NCBI GenBank assembly: GCA_009843865.1
Contig: VYCQ01000002.1
Span: 15,315 to 79,314, forward strand
Reading direction: 5' to 3'
DNA length: 64,000 nt
From: Acidimicrobiia bacterium
GTDB lineage: Bacteria > Actinomycetota > Acidimicrobiia > Acidimicrobiales > Bin134
Shown: one piece after another, positions 1 through 8,369 of the stretch
Numbering within the stretch: the stretch's first letter is position 1
Layout: each line of letters begins with the position of its first letter
The notes under the pieces: generated by a model
What the model saw: only the letters and a program-made list of their open reading frames with translations
What the model was told of the DNA's origin: nothing
Database searches by the model: none
Made by a program: the position numbers and the translations under genes

Positions 1-1023
1 TTTATGGATGAGAAGCTGCGAACTCTAGGCACCTCTGCCTGCCCGCCCTATCACTTGGCGGTGGTCATTGGCGGCACCTCTGCGGAGTACACCTTGAAGG
101 TTGCCAAATACGCCTCGGCCCGCTATTTAGATGGCTTGCCCACACAAGGCTCGATCACAGGTCACGCCTATCGAGATTTAGAGTGGGAAAACCGCATACT
201 AGAGCTGACCCGCAACTTCGGCATCGGCGCTCAATTTGGTGGCAAGTACTTCTGCCACGACGTGAGGGTGATCCGCCTTCCCCGTCATGGTGCCTCGTGT
301 CCGGTAGGAATAGCAGTATCTTGCTCAGCCGACCGTCAAGCTCTGGGCAAGATCACCTCTGAGGGAATCTTTCTAGAGCAACTCGAAACCGATCCAGCCC
401 GCTTCTTGCCAGAGGTCACCGACAACGAACTAAGCAACCAAGTGGTGCGCATCGACTTAGATCAACCCATGGCTAATATTTGCGCCGAGCTGTCACAATA
501 TCCAGTGAAAACTCGACTGTCGCTTAGCGGCACTTTGGTTGTGGCTAGAGATATCGCCCATGCCAAGATCAAAGAGCGCCTCGACGCTGGTGAGCCCATG
601 CCGGAGTACCTGCGCGATCACCCGGTTTACTACGCCGGTCCAGCCAAAACCCCCGAAGGCTACGCCTCCGGATCATTCGGACCCACCACCGCGGGACGCA
701 TGGATGCCTATGTGGATCAATTCCAAGCGGCTGGAGGCAGCCTAGTGATGCTCGCCAAAGGCAACCGCTCACAACAGGTGGTTGATGCCTGCGCCCGCTA
801 CGGCGGCTTCTACCTAGGATCAATCGGCGGCCCAGCGGCGCGACTAGCCAAAGACTCAATCCGCAAAGTAGAGGTGTTGGAATACCCCGAACTAGAGATG
901 GAGGCTGTGTACCGGATTGAGGTGCAAGACTTCCCCGCCTTCATCGTGACCGACAACAAGGGAAATGACTTCTTTGCTAATGACTTCTTTACCGAGGTAT
1001 CTACCCCTGTCACGCTGAGCTAG
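1..1023 (+). CDS. Class I (Fe-S) fumarate hydratase, C-terminal about 340 aa; 5' end lies outside the window
   Basis: [24 protein letters not shown] and the downstream beta-subunit-like region ([36 protein letters not shown]) match the FumA/FumB/tartrate dehydratase family. The reading frame is open to base 1. Confidence 0.9.
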   Translation, partial: FMDEKLRTLGTSACPPYHLAVVIGGTSAEYTLKVAKYASARYLDGLPTQGSITGHAYRDLEWENRILELTRNFGIGAQFGGKYFCHDVRVIRLPRHGASCPVGIAVSCSADRQALGKITSEGIFLEQLETDPARFLPEVTDNELSNQVVRIDLDQPMANICAELSQYPVKTRLSLSGTLVVARDIAHAKIKERLDAGEPMPEYLRDHPVYYAGPAKTPEGYASGSFGPTTAGRMDAYVDQFQAAGGSLVMLAKGNRSQQVVDACARYGGFYLGSIGGPAARLAKDSIRKVEVLEYPELEMEAVYRIEVQDFPAFIVTDNKGNDFFANDFFTEVSTPVTLS

Positions 1024-1037
1024 GTCTGCTGTTTCTC

Positions 1038-1352
1038 ATGCCAGATCTAACCTATGGATCCAACCTAGTAATGAGCAAAGTTCCTGTGCATTTGGATTTG
1101 AGCGACCCACAACTCAAACAAGCGGGCGCAGAGATTCTCGCTCGCTACAACAAAGACGAGTTCACCGAGCACCTCAACAGCTACGAAGCAGAAGTGATGG
1201 CGAAAACTGCCGCCAAACGCCAACTCAATGCAATCCTCGCCGACAATCACAAGGCCACCGTTACGACAATCCGCAAAAAGCTCCGAGCCCGGCTTGAGAC
1301 CTCCCCCGAAGGCAACTCGGTAGAGATGGCCGTCGAGAAACTACTGAGCTAA
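1038..1352 (+). CDS. Hypothetical small protein (start may be the ATG at 1071)
   Basis: Open frame in a tight intergenic fit after the fumarase gene. Helical, charged composition. No recognisable motif. Confidence 0.4.
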   Translation: MPDLTYGSNLVMSKVPVHLDLSDPQLKQAGAEILARYNKDEFTEHLNSYEAEVMAKTAAKRQLNAILADNHKATVTTIRKKLRARLETSPEGNSVEMAVEKLLS

Positions 1353-1382
1353 ATGCTTGGTCAGCGTTGACTTCGGCTAGCT

Positions 1383-1398
1383 GTCGACCACGTCGACC
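1383..1398. promoter_or_regulatory. Candidate VapB operator: two GTCGACC copies 9 bp apart just upstream of vapB
   Basis: GTCGACCACGTCGACC lies downstream of a TTGACT -35-like hexamer. It is followed by the imperfect inverted repeat TGTAGC..GCTACA abutting the ATG. Type II TA operons are usually autoregulated through such repeats. Confidence 0.3.
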
Positions 1399-1435
1399 GG
1401 TCTTCATGTGTAGCGCATGCGTTAATGTTAGCTAC

Positions 1436-1666
1436 ATGACCAAAATGATTCAGATCCGAAACGTGCCCGATCCCGTTCATCGGGAAGCGAAAGCGCGTGC
1501 CGCAAATGCTGGTTTAAGCCTATCCGACTACCTATTACGGGAACTAGAACAGACGCTATCAGTACCGCCTGTAGAGGATGTGCTAAACCGCATCGCCGGA
1601 CGCTACCCGGTGAAGTTGTCAGAATCCCCGGCAAAGGCGATAAGAGCCGAACGCGAATCGCGATGA
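1436..1666 (+). CDS. vapB: Ribbon-helix-helix antitoxin (VapB/FitA-like)
   Basis: MTKMIQIRNVPDPVHREAKARAANAGLSLSDYLLREL is a typical RHH antitoxin N-terminus. The stop overlaps the PIN gene start in an ATGA junction. The upstream part of the 99-aa track ORF is Cys/Arg-rich and unlikely to be coding. Confidence 0.8.
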   Translation: MTKMIQIRNVPDPVHREAKARAANAGLSLSDYLLRELEQTLSVPPVEDVLNRIAGRYPVKLSESPAKAIRAERESR

Positions 1667-2070
1667 TCATCGCTGACGCTTCAGTAATCGCTGAAAAGCT
1701 GTTACGACCAAATTCGCTAGCTGCAACATCGTTGGCGAAGCGGTTAGCCGCCCGTCAAGCTGTCTGCGCCCCGCACCTCTTAGACGCTGAAATCGGCCAA
1801 GCGATCCGGCGATTCGTGTTGCGAGGTGAAATATCAGCAACTCGTGCGACCGAGGCGTTCGAAGATCTAGCAGACCTCCCGATCCGGCGGTTCCCACACA
1901 CCGAGCTGTTGCCCCGGGCATTTGCGTTGCGATCCAACGTGACCGTCTATGACGGGATCTACCTCGCACTAGCGGAAGCACTTGACGCTCTGCTGGTATC
2001 TTGCGACGCGGCGCTAGCTGATGTTGCTGGCTGTAAGGCAGCAGTAGAGATCCTACCGGTTTCCGACTAA
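1663..2070 (+). CDS. vapC: PIN-domain ribonuclease toxin VapC
   Basis: 135 aa with an N-terminal acidic residue (IIADASV), LLDAEIGQA, VYDGIYLALAEAL and a C-terminal CDAALA, which is the PIN fold pattern. 4-nt overlap with the antitoxin. Confidence 0.85.
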   Translation: MIIADASVIAEKLLRPNSLAATSLAKRLAARQAVCAPHLLDAEIGQAIRRFVLRGEISATRATEAFEDLADLPIRRFPHTELLPRAFALRSNVTVYDGIYLALAEALDALLVSCDAALADVAGCKAAVEILPVSD

Positions 2071-2166
2071 ACAGAAACAACCAATTACCACTAACTCACC
2101 CCACTTCTCGTAGAACACGCCCACAAGAAACCCTGTGCCCACAATCAGCGTCGTAGAATCAGCGTC

Positions 2167-3444
2167 GTGTCTGCGGTGCGCATACTAGGAGGACTAGGTA
2201 AAACCATCATCGCTCTCGGGGTCTTGATACTACTTTTTGGGGTCTTCCAGCTTTGGGGCACAGGGATCATAGAAGCCCGCAATCAAGATACCCTCGCAAA
2301 CGACTTCGATACCCTGTTGACAGAATCTCAGGCAGCCAACCCATCTAATTCAAACAATGCCGCCTCAGCCAGCGTTGTAGCAGCAGATCCTGCAACAAAT
2401 CCAACAATAAACAATCCAACAATAAACACCATGCAGGGTTTAGGAAATGCTCAAACAAATGATCTAAACGACACAGATCCGAGTTCAATAGATAGGTCAA
2501 TAAATAATTCAATAGATAGTTCAATAAATACAGGCTCAGCAAGAGCCGACGAAAAATGGCTGCAAATGCTCTACCGCAACGAAGGTGAAGCCATAGCTCA
2601 AATCGAAATCCCAGCACTCAACTTAAACAAGACAGTGGTGAAGGGAGTGCGAGCGAGTGACCTGCGCAAAGGTCCTGGCCACTACCCTAGCACTGCTTTC
2701 CCCGGTCAAGTAGGAAACGCTGCCATCGCTGGACACCGCTCAACCTACGGTGCCCCCTTTGAACAAATCGATAAGCTCAAGGCAGGTGATGAAATAGTGA
2801 TGACCACCATCCAAGGCGAATTCACCTATCGAGTGATACCCCAAGGATCAGCACACGGACACTTCATCGTGTCACCTGCTGCGGTTGAGGTCTTGGATCA
2901 AGACTTTTCTGTCCACCCCAACCGCTTGACCCTCACGGCCTGCCATCCCCGGGGGTCAGCCCTTCAGAGAATCATCGTGGTGGCCGAACTAATTAGCACA
3001 CCTGCACCTACTTTTGTACAACCATCTCAAATGCAACCAGATCAAATGGCAACGCAGACTTCCTTAAACACCCCACAGTTATCGCAATCCCCGCAATTGG
3101 CGAACGAAGATTTAAACAAGGCTGACCCTGACAGGGCTGCTTCTGGCAGTAATGATCCTGCTGTAGATCCTGTAGACGCTTTAAACCCCGTAAATGCTGC
3201 CGATACTGCTATTCGAGTCAACCCTGTTAGAGCCAGTTCTTTCGGAGAGGGTCTAAACGGAGACTCAGATGCGGTGGGATCTGCAATCTTATGGGGCCTA
3301 GCCGCTTTAGCCGTATGGATAACCGCACTGTTTGCTGGAAACCGCTGGAAACGTCTCCCCGCCTACGCAATAGCAGCCCTACCATTGACCGTGATGCTGT
3401 TCATAGCCTTTTGGCATATTGACCAAGCTTTACCAGCATATTGA
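2167..3444 (+). CDS. Class E-type sortase with a long low-complexity insert and a C-terminal membrane extension
   Basis: N-terminal TM segment, AIAGHRSTYGAPF (catalytic His), LTLTACHP (TLxTC Cys) and RIIVVAEL (Arg). A 60-aa N/S/T-rich insert and an extra roughly 140-aa tail ending in two TM helices. Confidence 0.85.
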   Translation: MSAVRILGGLGKTIIALGVLILLFGVFQLWGTGIIEARNQDTLANDFDTLLTESQAANPSNSNNAASASVVAADPATNPTINNPTINTMQGLGNAQTNDLNDTDPSSIDRSINNSIDSSINTGSARADEKWLQMLYRNEGEAIAQIEIPALNLNKTVVKGVRASDLRKGPGHYPSTAFPGQVGNAAIAGHRSTYGAPFEQIDKLKAGDEIVMTTIQGEFTYRVIPQGSAHGHFIVSPAAVEVLDQDFSVHPNRLTLTACHPRGSALQRIIVVAELISTPAPTFVQPSQMQPDQMATQTSLNTPQLSQSPQLANEDLNKADPDRAASGSNDPAVDPVDALNPVNAADTAIRVNPVRASSFGEGLNGDSDAVGSAILWGLAALAVWITALFAGNRWKRLPAYAIAALPLTVMLFIAFWHIDQALPAY

Positions 3445-3523
3445 GATATATTAAATAAGATATATTAAATTGAGTTATCTTGAGATATACTAAAGTATAT
3501 ATATTAAAATTAGATATACTAAA
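3445..3523. repeat. AT-rich spacer built from duplicated 12-mers
   Basis: GATATATTAAAT at 3445 and 3459. AGATATACTAAA at 3483 and 3512. About 85% AT in a mid-GC genome. It ends exactly at the ATG of the lipoprotein gene. Confidence 0.8.
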
Positions 3524-4081
3524 ATGTCAAAATTAAAGTTGGTGGTGCTGCCTATATTGGCAGTGCTGATAGCCGGATGTGGCAACAGCGGCACAGACAC
3601 CCCTAGCACATCAGAAGTGTTTGTGCCACCCACCCCTACGCCCGACCTGTTACCAACCGAAGATGACCTGCGAGATCGCTTTGAGGGCACCGTCACCGAA
3701 CCTTACGACCTACTAATCGGCACCTGTTTCAATCAATACACCTATTTAGACCGCAATGATTTACCCGCTCAACTAACCACGGCTGTGGGCTGCTCTCGCC
3801 AGCACAACGCTCAGATATACGCCATCATCATCCATCCCGCCGCTGCGGCAACACCCTATCCAAATGAGAAAACCCTCAACGAATGGGGACAAGCCCAGTG
3901 CTATAAGCAGTTTGAGCCTTTTGTAGGCGAGGTATACGAAAAATCTCAGTTAGACATTGGCATGATAACCCCAAGTCGCAGCGATTGGGAGGGCGAAGAC
4001 AAACGCCGCCAAATATCTTGCTTCGTCCACAGCTACGAAGGACTGCTCATCATCGGCGACATGCGAAATATAGGATTATAA
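3524..4081 (+). CDS. Lipoprotein of the actinobacterial septum-formation family
   Basis: Lipobox LIAGC after a hydrophobic signal. Conserved Cys pattern GTCF..VGCSRQHNAQIYA..YP..AQCYKQF..P..W..RRQISCF, typical of the Septum_form domain. Confidence 0.7.
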   Translation: MSKLKLVVLPILAVLIAGCGNSGTDTPSTSEVFVPPTPTPDLLPTEDDLRDRFEGTVTEPYDLLIGTCFNQYTYLDRNDLPAQLTTAVGCSRQHNAQIYAIIIHPAAAATPYPNEKTLNEWGQAQCYKQFEPFVGEVYEKSQLDIGMITPSRSDWEGEDKRRQISCFVHSYEGLLIIGDMRNIGL

Positions 4082-4138
4082 ATAAGATTATAAATCTGGG
4101 TTGAAGCCCGCTGAGCGATTTCTGCTTACCTCATACAC

Positions 4139-5167
4139 ATGGCTCGTTGTGCAATCATCTCGTTTCGCCTGGGGTTGAATGATGGCGTATCCATCATTGC
4201 CCGACATTGGCAAAAAATCCTGCAAAACATCGGCTTCCAAGTTGTAACGGTGGCAGGCGAAGGCCCGGTAGACCGACTAGTTCCGGGTTTAAACATCAAC
4301 CAACCCGAGGGACCCGATCCAGACCAATTAAATGCAGCGCTAGCAGACATCGATTTGGCAGTAGTAGAGAATCTCTGCACAATCCCGCTCAACTTGCTAG
4401 CTGCACGCACCGTCAGTCAGGCCCTAGCCGGTCGCCCCGCCATCTTACACCATCACGACCCACCCTGGCAGAGCAAGCAATTCGCCTCAATAACCGAACT
4501 ACCCACTCACGACCAGTGTTGGCAGCATGTGGTCATCAACCGGCTCACCGCTGAACAGTTTGCCCAGCGGGGTCTCCTAACCACAATGATTTACAATGGC
4601 TTCGATACCCACCACCCCGAGGGCGACCGAGCGGCAATGCGAGCCAAACTCCAAGTAGACGATGAGACCCTTCTAATAGCCCACCCAGTCAAAGCCATCC
4701 CCCGTAAAAACATTCCCAAAGCCATCACCATCGCCGAAACTCTTGGCGGCACCTATTGGCTGACAGGAGAAGCTGAGGAAAGCTACGCAACCACCTTAAA
4801 TCAGCTCCTAACCGATGCCCGCTGTCGGGTTGTTCGTCAGCCGGTAAGCCGCATTCCCGATATCTACGCAGCTGCTGATCTGGTGGTGTTTCCCTCCATA
4901 TGGGAGGGATTCGGCAACCCTCCCGTAGAGGCCGCCGTTTGGCAACGACCGTGTGTGGTAGGCAGCTATCCAGTGGCCAAAGAACTAACCAATTTCGGAT
5001 TTCGCTGGTTCTCACCCGACCGACTCGACAAGGTGCGTGCCTTCTTAAACTGTCCGGACACCGATCTGCTAGACAAAAATCAAGCCATCGCCCAGCAGCA
5101 CTTCTCCCTAGAAAGGGTACAAAAAGATCTGATCGCGCTATTAGATAATGCTGGTTGGCTCCCGTGA
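4139..5167 (+). CDS. GT4-family (GT-B fold) glycosyltransferase
   Basis: C-terminal VVFPSIWEGFGNPPVEAAVWQRPCVV is the E-x7-E retaining glycosyltransferase motif. Length is 342 aa. Confidence 0.8.
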   Translation: MARCAIISFRLGLNDGVSIIARHWQKILQNIGFQVVTVAGEGPVDRLVPGLNINQPEGPDPDQLNAALADIDLAVVENLCTIPLNLLAARTVSQALAGRPAILHHHDPPWQSKQFASITELPTHDQCWQHVVINRLTAEQFAQRGLLTTMIYNGFDTHHPEGDRAAMRAKLQVDDETLLIAHPVKAIPRKNIPKAITIAETLGGTYWLTGEAEESYATTLNQLLTDARCRVVRQPVSRIPDIYAAADLVVFPSIWEGFGNPPVEAAVWQRPCVVGSYPVAKELTNFGFRWFSPDRLDKVRAFLNCPDTDLLDKNQAIAQQHFSLERVQKDLIALLDNAGWLP

Positions 5168-5427
5168 ACTCCAACAATCGGTCCAACAATTTGACAGCCC
5201 GCCGACAGTGCATTGCCCATTTGACTAAAACCGGCCAACGGCTGGGGTATCTCCTCTATTTAGCTGCGATCATACTGTTCTTCATCGGCTTTACTAGCAG
5301 CTTTAACCAACCGCTAGTAACCACCATCACCGTGTGCTTGGTGGTAGGATCGCTAGTGCTGGCACCCGCCATAGTGTTCAGCTATGCTGTACGCGCTGCC
5401 AACCGCGAAGACCCGTTGCCTAAATAA
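5155..5427 (+). CDS. Small two-TM membrane protein, hypothetical
   Basis: Two clear hydrophobic helices (LGYLLYLAAIILFFIGF, ITVCLVVGSLVLAPAIVF). Overlaps the glycosyltransferase stop. TTG or GTG start. Confidence 0.5.
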   Translation: MAPVNSNNRSNNLTARRQCIAHLTKTGQRLGYLLYLAAIILFFIGFTSSFNQPLVTTITVCLVVGSLVLAPAIVFSYAVRAANREDPLPK

Positions 5428-5577
5428 TCTACTTTAAAGAAATGCAACTAACGAACTATTAGCTACTATTGACGCTATTATTAACTTTCTTGTGTGCTAA
5501 CTTATGCCAACTTATGTGCTAAGTTTTATATTTTATATGCTAGATTTCATGTTTCACATTTCACACCTAGCACACTG

Positions 5578-5616
5578 AATCCATACACTTAATCCATACA
5601 TTTAATCAACACACTT
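5578..5616. repeat. Three tandem 13-nt units directly upstream of the aapJ ribosome-binding site
   Basis: AATCCATACACTT / AATCCATACATTT / AATCAACACACTT, followed by AGGAG and the ATG at 5632. Part of a 204-bp AT-rich, stutter-rich leader (5428-5631). Confidence 0.8.
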
Positions 5617-5631
5617 CATAGGAGTGCAAGA

Positions 5632-6699
5632 ATGCATAAAAGTTCAGGTCGTTTATTAGCCTTACTTGGATTGGTACTTACCTTTTCGCTGATTGCCGTC
5701 GCCTGCGGCAACGATGATGACAACGACGCTACCCCCACCACTGACCTTGTCCAAAACGAGGGCACCCTACAAGCCGTAAAAGATCGCGGTCATGTGCTGT
5801 GCGGCTCGCGTGATGATGTTCCCGGCTTCGCGTTGCTAAATGAAAACGGCCAATACGAGGGCTTCGACATTGACATGTGCCGGGCAGTGGCTGCTGCTGT
5901 CTTTGGCGATGCCGATGCTGTTGAGATCGTGCCCGTCACCAGCGCCGAGCGCTTCACTGCCCTGGCCTCCGGTCAGTTTGAGGTGATGAACCGCAACACC
6001 ACTTGGACGGCTACCCGCGACGGCACTGAGGGTGCCAACTTCTTGTTCACCACCTACTACGACGGTCAAGGTCTCATGGTGCCAGCCTCTACCGGCTTCA
6101 CTACGCTAAACGACCTCGCCGATGCCAACATCTGCGTGAGCACTGGCACTACCACCGAGTTGAACCTCACCGCGGTATTCGCGGCCAGGGGCATACCGTT
6201 CAATCCCGTTACCTTCGAAGGATTTGACACCCTGGTACCCGCCTACGAAGAAGGTCAATGCGAAGCTATGACCGCCGATAGCAGCGTGCTCGGAGTGTTC
6301 AAGTACGAGATCGAGCAAGATGGTGGACCCGACCAGCACATCATGGCCGAACTGATCTCTAAGGAGCCTTTGGGCACAGTAGTGCGCGACGGCGATACCG
6401 AGTGGGCACAGGTTGTGAACTGGGCCACCATGGCCACCGTGCAGGCATGGGAGTTCGGACTCGACTCCAGCAACATCGCCAGCTACAACGGTTCTGATCC
6501 CAACATCTTGAACTTCTTGGGCCGTGACGGCTTCGATCCTGGCCTAGGCTTGCCCTCCGATTTCGCGATCCATGTGGTACAGCAAGTCGGCAACTACGAA
6601 GAGATCTTCAACCGCTATCCACAATTAGGTGTGCTTGAAGGCAGCGTCAACGACCTCTGGTCCAACGGCGGCCTCATGTACGTCCCGCCCTATCGCTAG
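5632..6699 (+). CDS. aapJ: Amino-acid ABC transporter substrate-binding lipoprotein (AapJ/BztA-like, family 3)
   Basis: Lipobox IAVACG. GFDIDMCRAVAAAVFGD, NRNTTWT and TTELNL are typical of general L-amino-acid binding proteins. Followed by two permeases and an ATPase. Confidence 0.85.
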   Translation: MHKSSGRLLALLGLVLTFSLIAVACGNDDDNDATPTTDLVQNEGTLQAVKDRGHVLCGSRDDVPGFALLNENGQYEGFDIDMCRAVAAAVFGDADAVEIVPVTSAERFTALASGQFEVMNRNTTWTATRDGTEGANFLFTTYYDGQGLMVPASTGFTTLNDLADANICVSTGTTTELNLTAVFAARGIPFNPVTFEGFDTLVPAYEEGQCEAMTADSSVLGVFKYEIEQDGGPDQHIMAELISKEPLGTVVRDGDTEWAQVVNWATMATVQAWEFGLDSSNIASYNGSDPNILNFLGRDGFDPGLGLPSDFAIHVVQQVGNYEEIFNRYPQLGVLEGSVNDLWSNGGLMYVPPYR

Positions 6700-6743
6700 A
6701 CGAAACCCTGCTCCTTTCATATTGAGCGGATAGTCAAAACATT

Positions 6744-6778
6744 AAGCACCCCACCGGTCACCAACCGGTGGGGTGCTT
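6744..6778 (+). terminator. Perfect 14-bp stem hairpin between aapJ and the first permease gene (intra-operon attenuator or terminator)
   Basis: AAGCACCCCACCGG-tcaccaa-CCGGTGGGGTGCTT. GC-rich stem with no long U tract. Confidence 0.6.
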
Positions 6779-6817
6779 GCGTCTATACTGCAACCCCATA
6801 CTGACATTCATACTGCT

Positions 6818-8365
6818 ATGAGCAGCACGCCTAATCTCGTTAGCTCATCTGCTGACCTCACCGCAGTTCCTTCTGCACCTGTCAGCCGAAAAGCCTTGGC
6901 GCTCCTACTAGACGGAGTCCTGCTAACGCTGGTTGGAGTGATCTCGGTTTGGCAGCTCGGCCTGAGACTGCTCAACGGCTACAGCGATATCCCCGAACTT
7001 GCCCTTGCCTGGGTGTTTCTCATACCTGTACCAGCGATGATCGCTGCTGTTGTGATAATCGACTGGGTACGCATCGGACAGACACCAGGAATGTCTTCGG
7101 CTGGCATTCGCAATATCCATGATGGATCCAAAAAACGAGTTGTCTCCACCAACGATCCAAGAGTACCTGAGCCTGACATCCCAGCGTTGTGGCGAGATAT
7201 TCGAATCCTGAGGCTAGCTGGCCAAGCGTTGGCCGTCATCGTGGTAGTTGCCCTCATCCGCTGGATGTTCCACAACCTCATCGTGAGAATGGATGAGGTT
7301 GGCCTGCCCAAAGGCTTCGACTTCCTCAACAAGCCCTACGGTGTCGCAGTACGCGATGCGTTCGGCTTTGACGTGCGTGATCCTGTGTGGAGGGCGCTGC
7401 TCATCGGATTTCAAAACACCATTGCAGCCTCGGTAGTGGGCATTTTTATCGCCACCGTGGTTGGAGTCTTCGTGGGTATCGCACGACTCTCTTCTAACTG
7501 GCTAGTGGCCAAAGCAGCCAGCTTCTACGTTGAGAGCCTACGTAACATACCACCGCTGATAGTCATCGTGTTCTTCGGCTTCGCCTTGTTCACCTACGGG
7601 CCCCTCCCCCAATTCACCGCCACCAACCCACCATGGCAAGGCACGTTCTTCGGATCAGACAGCAACTGGATCATCATCAGCAAAGACCGCTGGGCCATCC
7701 CATCCTTAACCTCTGAACAAAACCTAGGAACATTCTGGCTTTTCGTTCTGCTGGCCGCGGGGCTTGCAACAGTGATATGGATCTGGCGAACCCGACACAA
7801 CAACGCCACTGGTAATCCACATCACCGTGTGCTCTGGGCATTGGGAGCCTTCGCGATCACTGTAGTAGTGTGCTTTGCAGCCTTGGGGGGACCCTACTCG
7901 TGGTCATGGCCCGCGGTCTCAGAAAGCGGTCGACGAGTGGTAGGGGGATTCAGCACCAACTCCGGTTATATAGCCCTCACAGTAGCTCTAGGTCTCTATA
8001 CGGCTAGCTTTGTGGCCGAGATCATCCGCGGGTCTATCCTGGCCGTACCCAAAGGCCAAACAGAGGCTGCCAACTCGGTGGGGCTCAAGTCTGCTCAGCG
8101 CTACCGTCATGTCGTGCTGCCACAAGCACAGCGAATCGCCATCCCCCCCTATATCAGCGAGTGCGCCAACCTCATCAAAAACACTTCACTGGGCATCCTG
8201 GTCGCGTATCCCGACTTGACGCAGATAGCGGTCACTGCTTGGGGCATCAACTTTCCAGCGCCGCAATTAATCCTCATCTTGATGACCGTGTACCTGCTTA
8301 TCAACCTTTTCGTGTCAACCTTGCTGAACTTATACAACCAATCCATTCAGCTCAAAGAACGATGA
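6818..8365 (+). CDS. aapQ: Amino-acid ABC transporter permease (AapQ-like) with an N-terminal RDD-like membrane domain
   Basis: C-terminal EAANSVGL..RYRHVVLPQA permease signature. N-terminal RKALALLLDGVLL...GQTPGMSSAGIRNI resembles the RDD family. The start is placed at the ATG downstream of the hairpin that covers the track GTG at 6773. Confidence 0.8.
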   Translation: MSSTPNLVSSSADLTAVPSAPVSRKALALLLDGVLLTLVGVISVWQLGLRLLNGYSDIPELALAWVFLIPVPAMIAAVVIIDWVRIGQTPGMSSAGIRNIHDGSKKRVVSTNDPRVPEPDIPALWRDIRILRLAGQALAVIVVVALIRWMFHNLIVRMDEVGLPKGFDFLNKPYGVAVRDAFGFDVRDPVWRALLIGFQNTIAASVVGIFIATVVGVFVGIARLSSNWLVAKAASFYVESLRNIPPLIVIVFFGFALFTYGPLPQFTATNPPWQGTFFGSDSNWIIISKDRWAIPSLTSEQNLGTFWLFVLLAAGLATVIWIWRTRHNNATGNPHHRVLWALGAFAITVVVCFAALGGPYSWSWPAVSESGRRVVGGFSTNSGYIALTVALGLYTASFVAEIIRGSILAVPKGQTEAANSVGLKSAQRYRHVVLPQAQRIAIPPYISECANLIKNTSLGILVAYPDLTQIAVTAWGINFPAPQLILILMTVYLLINLFVSTLLNLYNQSIQLKER

Positions 8366-8369
8366 GCCG

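Noticed and set aside
1667-2080. 137-aa minus-strand ORF covering vapC
   Set aside because: It is antisense to a PIN-domain gene that is translationally coupled to its antitoxin. The translation is Arg-rich with no motif.
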